A stretch of 64,000 bases of DNA. Source: Auanema rhodensis. Lineage: Eukaryota > Animalia > Nematoda. The stretch spans positions 1-64,000 of the forward strand of contig CAXKVF010000075.1 in the NCBI GenBank assembly GCA_964057225.1. Reading direction: 5' to 3'. The notes under the pieces are model-generated. The model was not told the DNA's origin, made no database searches, and saw nothing but the letters and a program-made list of their open reading frames with translations. Each line of letters starts with the position of its first letter. Within the stretch, counting starts at the first letter, position 1. The translations under genes and the position numbers were made by a program. Below, one piece after another: positions 1-11,100 of the stretch.

Positions 1-87
1 GTTACCATGAACCAATATCAATAAAAATTTGTTTTTAGACTAATATGGACATGGGGAATCTAATTTTGAAAACCGCATCTCTTTATC

Positions 88-104
88 TTTCACGTGAAGC
101 GAGT
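88..104 (+). promoter_or_regulatory. CENP-B-box-like 17-mer TTTCACGTGAAGCGAGT (first copy; present in almost every monomer)
   Basis: Ungapped match to the mammalian CENP-B box YTTCGTTGGAARCGGGA at 11/17 positions and at 7/9 core positions (TTCG....A..CGGG). Function is not demonstrated. Confidence 0.3.
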
Positions 105-3100
105 TACATACCAAGTGCACATCACGTGTACATTTAATTAGCATAAATTAAAGTTCACGTAAATTTCAAAGTCATGGTTACCATGAACCAATATCAATAA
201 AAATTTGTTTTTAGACTAATATGGACATGGGGAATCTAATTTTGAAAACCGCATCTCTTTATCTTTCACGTGAAGCGAGTTACATACCAAGTGCACATCA
301 CGTGTACATTTAATTAGCATAAATTAAAGTTCACGTAAATTTCAAAGTCATGGTTACCATGAACCAATATCAATAAAAATTTGTTTTTAGACTAATATGG
401 ACATGGGGAATCTAATTTTGAAAACCGCATCTCTTTATCTTTCACGTGAAGCGAGTTACATACCAAGTGCACATCACGTGTACATTTAATTAGCATAAAT
501 TAAAGTTCACGTAAATTTCAAAGTCATGGTTACCATGCACCAATATCAATAAAAATTTGTTTTTAGACTAATATGGACATGGGGAATCTAATTTTGAAAA
601 CCGCATCTCTTTATCTTTCACGTGAAGCGAGTTACATACCAAGTGCACATCACGTGTACATTTAATTAGCATAAATTAAAGTTCACGTAAATTTCAAAGT
701 CATGGTTACCATGCACCAATATCAATAAAAATTTGTTTTTAGACTAATATGGACATGGGGAATCTAATTTTGAAAACCGCATCTCTTTATCTTTCACGTG
801 AAGCGAGTTACATACCAAGTGCACATCACGTGTACATTTAATTAGCATAAATTAAAGTTCACGTAAATTTCAAAGTCATGGTTACCATGAACCAATATCA
901 ATAAAAATTTGTTTTTAGACTAATATGGACATGGGAAATCTAATTTTGAAAACCGCATCTCTTTATCTTTCACGTGAAGCGAGTTACATACCAAGTGCAC
1001 ATCACGTGTACATTTAATTAGCATAAATTAAAGTTCACGTAAATTTCAAAGTCATGGTTACCATGAAGCAATATCAATAAAAATTTGTTTTTAGACTAAT
1101 ATGGACATGGGGAATCTAATTTTGAAAACCGCATCTCTTTATCTTTCACGTGAAGCGAGTTACATACCAAGTGCACATCACGTGTACATTTAATTAGCAT
1201 AAATTAAAGTTCACGTAAATTTCAAAGTCATGGTTACCATGCACCAATATCAATAAAAATTTGTTTTTAGACTAATATGGACATGGGGGATCTAATTTTG
1301 AAAACCGCATTTCTTTATCTTTCACGTGAAGCGAGTTACATACCAAGTGCACATCACGTGTACATTTAATTAGCATAAATTAAAGTTCACGTAAATTTCA
1401 AAGTCATGGTTACCATGAACCAATATCAATAAAAATTTGTTTTTAGACTAATATGGACATGGGGAATCTAATTTTGAAAACCGCATCTCTTTATCTTTCA
1501 CGTGAAGCGAGTTACATACCAAGTGCACATCACGTGTACATTTAATTAGCATAAATTAAAGTTCACGTAAATTTCAAAGTCATGGTTACCATGCACCAAT
1601 ATCAATAAAAATTTGTTTTTAGACTAATATGGACATGGGGAATCTAATTTTGAAAACCGCATCTCTTTATCTTTCACGTGAAGCGAGTTACATACCAAGT
1701 GCACATCACGTGTACATTTAATTAGCATAAATTAAAGTTCACGTAAATTTCAAAGTCATGGTTACCATGAACCAATATCAATAAAAATTTGTTTTTAGAC
1801 TAATGTGGACATGGGGAATCTAATTTTGAAAACCGCATCTCTTTATCTTTCACGTGAAGCGAGTTACATACCAAGTGCATATCACGTGTACATTTAATTA
1901 GCATAAATTAAAGTTCACGTAAATTTCAAAGTCATGGTTACCATGAACCAATATCAATAAAAATTTGTTTTTAGACTAATATGGACATGGGGAATCTAAT
2001 TTTGAAAACCGCATCTCTTTATCTTTCACGTGAAGCGAGTTACATACCAAGTGCACATCACGTGTACATTTAATTAGCATAAATTAAAGTTCACGTAAAT
2101 TTCAAAGTCATGGTTACCATGCACCAATATCAATAAAAATTTGTTTTTAGACTAATATGGACATGGGGAATCTAATTTTGAAAACCGCATCTCTTTATCT
2201 TTCACGTGAAGCGAGTTACATACCAAGTGCACATCACGTGTACATTTAATTAGCATAAATTAAAGTTCACGTAAATTTCAAAGTCATGGTTACCATGCAC
2301 CAATATCAATAAAAATTTGTTTTTAGACTAATATGGACATGGGGAATCTAATTTTGAAAACCGCATCTCTTTATCTTTCACGTGAAGCGAGTTACATACC
2401 AAGTGCACATCACGTGTACATTTAATTAGCATAAATTAAAGTTCACGTAAATTTCAAAGTCATGGTTACCATGCACCAATATCAATAAAAATTTGTTTTT
2501 AGACTAATATGGACATGGGGAATCTAATTTTGAAAACCGCATCTCTTTATCTTTCACGTGAAGCGAGTTACATACCAAGTGCACATCACGTGTACATTTA
2601 ATTAGCATAAATTAAAGTTCACGTAAATTTCAAAGTCATGGTTACCATGAACCAATATCAATAAAAATTTGTTTTTAGACTAATATGGACATGGGGAATC
2701 TAACTTTGGAAACCGCATCTCTTTATCTTTCACGTGAAGCGAGTTACATACCAAGTGCACATCACGTGTACATTTAATTAGCATAAATTAAAGTTCACGT
2801 AACTTTCAAAGTCATGGTTACCATGCACCAATATCAATAAAAATTTGTTTTTAGACTAATATGGACATGGGGAATCTAATTTTGAAAACCGCATCTCTTT
2901 ATCTTTCACGTGAAGCGAGTTACATACCAAGTGCACATCACGTGTACATTTAATTAGCATAAATTAAAGTTCACGTAAATTTCAAAGTCATGGTTACCAT
3001 GAACCAATATCAATAAAAATTTGTTTTTAGACTAATATGGACATGGGGAATCTAATTTTGAAAACCGTATCTCTTTATCTTTCACGTGAAGCGAGTTACA

Positions 3101-6100
3101 TACCAAGTGCACATCACGTGTACATTTAATTAGCATAAATTAAAGTTCACGTAAATTTCAAAGTCATGGTTACCATGAACCAATATCAATAAAAAATTGT
3201 TTTTAGACTAATATGGACATGGGGAATCTAATTTTGAAAACCGCATCTCTTTATCTTTCACGTGAAGCGAGTTACATACCAAGTGCACATCACGTGTACA
3301 TTTAATTAGCATAAATTAAAGTTCACGTAACTTTCAAAGTCATGGTTACCATGCACCAATATCAATAAAAATTTGTTTTTAGACTAATATGGACATGGGG
3401 AATCTAATTTTGAAAACCGCATCTCTTTATCTTTCACGTGAAGCGAGTTACATACCAAGTGCACATCACGTGTACATTTAATTAGCATAAATTAAAGTTC
3501 ACGTAAATTTCAAAGTCATGGTTACCATGCACCAATATCAATAAAAATTTGTTTTTAGACTAATATGGACATGGGGAATCTAATTTTGAAAACCGCATCT
3601 CTTTATCTTTCACGTGAAGCGAGTTACATACCAAGTGCACATCACGTGTACATTTAATTAGCATAAATTAAAGTTCACGTAAATTTCAAAGTCATGGTTA
3701 CCATGAACCAATATCAATAAAAATTTGTTTTTAGACTAATATGGACATGGGGAATCTAACTTTGGAAACCGCATCTCTTTATCTTTCACGTGAAGCGAGT
3801 TACATACCAAGTGCACATCACGTGTACATTTAATTAGCATAAATTAAAGTTCACGTAACTTTCAAAGTCATGGTTACCATGCACCAATATCAATAAAAAT
3901 TTGTTTTTAGACTAATATGGACATGGGGAATCTAATTTTGAAAACCGCATCTCTTTATCTTTCACGTGAAGCGAGTTACATACCAAGTGCACATCACGTG
4001 TACATTTAATTAGCATAAATTAAAGTTCACGTAAATTTCAAAGTCATGGTTACCATGAACCAATATCAATAAAAATTTGTTTTTAGACTAATATGGACAT
4101 GGGGAATCTAATTTTGAAAACCGCATCTCTTTATCTTTCACGTGAAGCGAGTTACATACCAAGTGCACATCACGTGTACATTTAATTAGCATAAATTAAA
4201 GTTCACGTAAATTTCAAAGTCATGGTTACCATGCACCAATATCAATAAAAATTTGTTTTTAGACTAATATGGACATGGGGAATCTAATTTTGAAAACCGC
4301 ATCTCTTTATCTTTCACGTGAAGCGAGTTACATACCAAGTGCACATCACGTGTACATTTAATTAGCATAAATTAAAGTTCACGTAAATTTCAAAGTCATG
4401 GTTACCATGAACCAATATCAATAAAAAATTGTTTTTAGACTAATATGGACATGGGGAATCTAATTTTGAAAACCGCATCTCTTTATCTTTCACGTGAAGC
4501 GAGTTACATACCAAGTGCACATCACGTGTACATTTAATTAGCATAAATTAAAGTTCACGTAACTTTCAAAGTCATGGTTACCATGCACCAATATCAATAA
4601 AAATTTGTTTTTAGACTAATATGGACATGGGGAATCTAATTTTGAAAACCGCATCTCTTTATCTTTCACGTGAAGCGAGTTACATACCAAGTGCACATCA
4701 CGTGTACATTTAATTAGCATAAATTAAAGTTCACGTAAATTTCAAAGTCATGGTTACCATGCACCAATATCAATAAAAATTTGTTTTTAGACTAATATGG
4801 ACATGGGGAATCTAATTTTGAAAACCGCATCTCTTTATCTTTCACGTGAAGCGAGTTACATACCAAGTGCACATCACGTGTACATTTAATTAGCATAAAT
4901 TAAAGTTCACGTAAATTTCAAAGTCATGGTTACCATGAACCAATATCAATAAAAATTTGTTTTTAGACTAATATGGACATGGGGAATCTAATTTTGAAAA
5001 CCGCATCTCTTTATCTTTCACGTGAAGCGAGTTACATACCAAGTGCACATCACGTGTACATTTAATTAGCATAAATTAAAGTTCACGTAACTTTCAAAGT
5101 CATGGTTACCATGCACCAATATCAATAAAAATTTGTTTTTAGACTAATATGGACATGGGGAATCTAATTTTGAAAACCGCATCTCTTTATCTTTCACGTG
5201 AAGCGAGTTACATACCAAGTGCACATCACGTGTACATTTAATTAGCATAAATTAAAGTTCACGTAAATTTCAAAGTCATGGTTACCATGCACCAATATCA
5301 ATAAAAATTTGTTTTTAGACTAATATGGACATGGGGAATCTAATTTTGAAAACCGCATCTCTTTATCTTTCACGTGAAGCGAGTTACATACCAAGTGCAC
5401 ATCACGTGTACATTTAATTAGCATAAATTAAAGTTCACGTAAATTTCAAAGTCATGGTTACCATGCACCAATATCAATAAAAATTTGTTTTTAGACTAAT
5501 ATGGACATGGGGAATCTAATTTTGAAAACCGCATCTCTTTATCTTTCACGTGAAGCGAGTTACATACCAAGTGCACATCACGTGTACATTTAATTAGCAT
5601 AAATTAAAGTTCACGTAAATTTCAAAGTCATGGTTACCATGCACCAATATCAATAAAAATTTGTTTTTAGACTAATATGGACATGGGGAATCTAATTTTG
5701 AAAACCGCATCTCATCATCTTTCACGTGAAGCGAGTTACATACCAAGTGCACATCACGTGTACATTTAATTAGCATAAATTAAAGTTCACGTAAATTTCA
5801 AAGTCATGGTTACCATGCACCAATATCAATAAAAATTTGTTTTTAGACTAATATGGACATGGGGAATCTAATTTTGAAAACCGCATCTCTTTATCTTTCA
5901 CGTGAAGCGAGTTACATACCAAGTGCACATCACGTGTACATTTAATTAGCATAAATTAAAGTTCACGTAAATTTCAAAGTCATGGTTACCATGCACCAAT
6001 ATCAATAAAAATTTGTTTTTAGACTAATATGGACATGGGAAATCTAATTTTGAAAACCGCATCTCTTTATCTTTCACGTGAAGCGAGTTACATACCAAGT

Positions 6101-7920
6101 GCACATCACGTGTACATTTAATTAGCATAAATTAAAGTTCACGTAAATTTCAAAGTCATGGTTACCATGCACCAATATCAATAAAAATTTGTTTTTAGAC
6201 TAATATGGACATGGGGAATCTAATTTTGAAAACCGCATCTCTTTATCTTTCACGTGAAGCGAGTTACATACCAAGTGCACATCACGTGTACATTTAATTA
6301 GCATAAATTAAAGTTCACGTAAATTTCAAAGTCATGGTTACCATGCACCAATATCAATAAAAATTTGTTTTTAGACTAATATGGACATGGGGAATCTAAT
6401 TTTGAAAACCGCATCTCTTTATCTTTCACGTGAAGCGAGTTACATACCAAGTGCACATCACGTGTACATTTAATTAGCATAAATTAAAGTTCACGTAAAT
6501 TTCAAAGTCATGGTTACCATGCACCAATATCAATAAAAATTTGTTTTTAGACTAATATGGACATGGGGAATCTAATTTTGAAAACCGCATCTCTTCATCT
6601 TTCACGTGAAGCGAGTTACATACCAAGTGCACATCACGTGTACATTTAATTAGCATAAATTAAAGTTCACGTAAATTTCAAAGTCATGGTTACCATGCAC
6701 CAATATCAATAAAAATTTGTTTTTAGACTAATATGGACATGGGGAATCTAATTTTGAAAACCGCATCTCTTTATCTTTCACGTGAAGCGAGTTACATACC
6801 AAGTGCACATCACGTGTACATTTAATTAGCATAAATTAAAGTTCACGTAAATTTCAAAGTCATGGTTACCATGCACCAATATCAATAAAAATTTGTTTTT
6901 AGACTAATATGGACATGGGGAATCTAATTTTGAAAACCGCATCTCTTCATCTTTCACGTGAAGCGAGTTACATACCAAGTGCACATCACGTGTACATTTA
7001 ATTAGCATAAATTAAAGTTCACGTAAATTTCAAAGTCATGGTTACCATGCACCAATATCAATAAAAATTTGTTTTTAGACTAATATGGACATGGGGAATC
7101 TAATTTTGAAAACCGCATCTCTTTATCTTACACGTGAAGCGAGTTACATACCAAGTGCACATCACGTGTACATTTAATTAGCATAAATTAAAGTTCACGT
7201 AAATTTCAAAGTCATGGTTACCATGAACCAATATCAATAAAAATTTGTTTTTAGACTAATATGGACATGGGGAATCTAATTTTGGAAACCGCATCTCTTT
7301 ATCTTTCACGTGAAGCGAGTTACATACCAAGTGCACATCACGTGTACATTTAATTAGCATAAATTAAAGTTCACGTAACTTTCAAAGTCATGGTTACCAT
7401 GCACCAATATCAATAAAAATTTGTTTTTAGACTAATATGGACATGGGGAATCTAATTTTGAAAATCGCATCTCTTTATCTTTCACGTGAAGCGAGTTACA
7501 TACCAAGTGCACATCACGTGTACATTTAATTAGCATAAATTAAAGTTCACGTAAATTTCAAAGTCATGGTTACCATGCACCAATATCAATACAAATTTGT
7601 TTTTAGACTAATATGGACATGGGGAATCTAATTTTGAAAACCGCATCTCTTTATCTTTCACGTGAAGCGAGTTACATACCAAGTGCACATCACGTGTACA
7701 TTTAATTAGCATAAATTAAAGTTCACGTAAATTTCAAAGTCATGGTTACCATGAACCAATATCAATAAAAATTTGTTTTTAGACTAATATGGACATGGGG
7801 AATCTAATTTTGAAAACCGCATCTCTTTATCTTTCACGTGAAGCGAGTTACATACCAAGTGCACATCACGTGTACATTTAATTAGCATAAATTAAAGTTC
7901 ACGTAAATTTCAAAGTCATG

Positions 7921-8192
7921 GTTACCATGAACCAATATCAATAAAAATTTGTTTTTAGACTAATATGGACATGGGGAATCTAATTTTGAAAACCGCATCT
8001 CTTTATCTTTCACGTGAAGCGAATGCACCAATATCAATAAAAATTTGTTTTTAGACTAATATGGACATGGGGAATCTAATTTTGAAAACCGCATCTCTTC
8101 ATCTTTCACGTGAAGCGAGTTACATACCAAGTGCACATCACGTGTACATTTAATTAGCATAAATTAAAGTTCACGTAAATTTCAAAGTCATG
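7921..8192. other. Fused/truncated monomer pair caused by an 80-bp deletion (junction 8022/8023)
   Basis: Reads ...CACGTGAAGCGA|ATGCACCAAT..., joining pos 102 to pos 7 of the next monomer. Pos 103-176 and 1-6 are missing, and the register shifts by -80 for the rest of the window. Confidence 0.97.
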
Positions 8193-11100
8193 GTTACCAT
8201 GAACCAATATCAATAAAAATTTGTTTTTAGACTAATATGGACATGGGGAATCTAATTTTGAAAACCGCATCTCTTTATCTTTCACGTGAAGCGAGTTACA
8301 TACCAAGTGCACATCACGTGTACATTTAATTAGCATAAATTAGAGTTCACGTAAATTTCAAAGTCATGGTTACCATGAACCAATATCAATAAAAATTTGT
8401 TTTTAGACTAATATGGACATGGGGAATCTAATTTTGAAAACCGCATCTCTTTATCTTTCACGTGAAGCGAGTTACATACCAAGTGCACATCACGTGTACA
8501 TTTAATTAGCATAAATTAAAGTTCACGTAACTTTCAAAGTCATGGTTACCATGCACCAATATCAATAAAAATTTGTTTTTAGACTAATATGGACATGGGG
8601 AATCTAATTTTGAAAACCGCATCTCTTTATCTTTCACGTGAAGCGAGTTACATACCAAGTGCACATCACGTGTACATTTAATTAGCATAAATTAAAGTTC
8701 ACGTAAATTTCAAAGTCATGGTTACCATGCACCAATATCAATAAAAATTTGTTTTTAGACTAATATGGACATGGGGAATCTAATTTTGAAAACCGCATCT
8801 CTTTATCTTTCACGTGAAGCGAGTTACATACCAAGTGCACATCACGTGTACATTTAATTAGCATAAATTAAAGTTCACGTAAATTTCAAAGTCATGGTTA
8901 CCATGAACCAATATCAATAAAAATTTGTTTTTAGACTAATATGGAGATGGGGAATCTAATTTTGAAAACCGCATCTCTTTATCTTTCATGTGAAGCGAGT
9001 TACATACCAAGTGCACATCACGTGTACATTTAATTAGCATAAATTAAAGTTCACGTAAATTTCAAAGTCATGGTTACCATGCACCAATATCAATAAAAAT
9101 TTGTTTTGAAACTAATATGGACATGGGGAATCTAATTTTGAAAACCGCATCTCTTTATCTTTCACGTGAAGCGAGTTACATACCAAGTGCACATCACGTG
9201 TACATTTAATTAGCATAAATTAAAGTTCACGTAAATTTCAAAGTCATGGTTACCATGCACCAATATCAATAAAAATTTGTTTTTAGACTAATATGGACAT
9301 GGGGAATCTAATTTTGAAAACCGCATCTCTTTATCTTTCACGTGAAGCGAGTTACATACCAAGTGCACATCACGTGTACATTTAATTAGCATAAATTAAA
9401 GTTCACGTAAATTTCAAAGTCATGGTTACCATGCACCAATATCAATAAAAATTTGTTTTTAGACTAATATGGACATGGGGAATCTAATTTTGAAAACCGC
9501 ATCTCTTCATCTTTCACGTGAAGCGAGTTACATACCAAGTGCACATCACGTGTACATTTAATTAGCATAAATTAAAGTTCACGTAAATTTCAAAGTCATG
9601 GTTACCATGCACCAATATCAATAAAAATTTGTTTTTAGACTAATATGGACATGGGGAATCTAATTTTGAAAACCGCATCTCTTTATCTTTCACGTGAAGC
9701 GAGTTACATACCAAGTGCACATCACGTGTACATTTAATTAGCATAAATTAAAGTTCACGTAAATTTCAAAGTCATGGTTACCATGAACCAATATCAATAA
9801 AAATTTGTTTTTAGACTAATATGGACATGGGGAATCTAAATTTGAAAACTGCATCTCTTTATCTTTCACGTGAAGCGAGTTACATACCAAGTGCACATCA
9901 CGTGTACATTTAATTAGCATAAATTAAAGTTCACGTAACTTTCAAAGTCATGGTTACCATGCACCAATATCAATAAAAATTTGTTTTTAGACTAATATGG
10001 ACATGGGGAATCTAATTTTGAAAACCGCATCTCTTTATCTTTCACGTGAAGCGAGTTACATACCAAGTGCACATCACGTGTACATTTAATTAGCATAAAT
10101 TAAAGTTCACGTAAATTTCAAAGTCATGGTTACCATGCACCAATATCAATAAAAATTTGTTTTTAGACTAATATGGACATGGGGAATCTAATTTTGAAAA
10201 CCGCATCTCTTTATCTTTCAAGTGAAGCGAGTTACATACCAAGTGCACATCACGTGTACATTTAATTAGCATAAATTAAAGTTCACGTAAATTTCAAAGT
10301 CATGGTTACCATGAACCAATATCAATAAAAATTTGTTTTTAGACTAATATGGACATGGGGAATCTAATTTTGAAAACCGCATCTCTTTATCTTTCACGTG
10401 AAGCGAGTTACATACCAAGAGCACATCACGTGTACATTTAATTAGCATAAATTAAAGTTCACGTAAATTTCAAAGTCATGGTTACCATGCACCAATATCA
10501 ATAAAAATTTGTTTTTAAACTAATATGGACATGGGGAATCTAATTTTGAAAACCGCATCTCTTTATCTTTCACGTGAAGCGAGTTACATACCAAGTGCAC
10601 ATCACGTGTACATTTAATTAGCATAAATTAAAGTTCACGTAAATTTCAAAGTCATGGTTACCATGAACCAATATCAATAAAAATTTGTTTTTGGACTTAT
10701 ATGGACATGGGGAATCTAAATTTGAAAACCGCATCTCTTTATCTTTCACGTGAAGCGAGTTACATACCAAGTGCACATCACGTGTACATTTAATTAGCAT
10801 AAATTAAAGTTCACGTAACTTTCAAAGTCATGGTTACCATGCACCAATATCAATAAAAATTTGTTTTTAGACTAATATGGACATGGGGAATCTAATTTTG
10901 AAAACCGCATCTCTTTATCTTTCACGTGAAGCGAGTTACATACCAAGTGCACATCACGTGTACATTTAATTAGCATAAATTAAAGTTCACGTAAATTTCA
11001 AAGTCATGGTTACCATGCACCAATATCAATAAAAATTTGTTTTTAGACTAATATGGACATGGGGAATCTAATTTTGAAAACCGCATCTCTTTATCTTTCA

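Noticed and set aside
12-26. CCAAT box and AATAAA polyadenylation-like signal in each monomer
   Set aside because: These short motifs are expected by chance in AT-rich DNA, and there is no transcription unit to give them context.
1-176. Tandem RNA gene (5S rRNA, tRNA, snRNA) or telomeric repeat
   Set aside because: No recognisable 5S, tRNA or snRNA sequence, no Pol III boxes and no short G-rich telomeric unit.
1-176. Assignment to a named 171-178 bp satellite family or species
   Set aside because: The similarity is in length only; I cannot recognise the sequence, and a database search is needed.
121-230. Budding-yeast point-centromere layout: CDEI-like ATCACGTG, 77-bp gap, then TGTTTTT resembling the start of CDEIII
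   Set aside because: The gap is only about 77% AT rather than over 90%, the essential CDEIII TTCCGAA core is absent, and point centromeres are not tandemly arrayed.
10618-10800. 60-aa minus-strand ORF MLIKCTRDVHLV... (also at 11674-11856 and 62362-62544)
   Set aside because: It lies wholly in satellite sequence. It exists only because A42T turns a minus-strand TAG into AAG in three related monomers; all other monomers stop after ...SPCPY. The copies are identical by duplication, and there is no recognisable domain or gene context.
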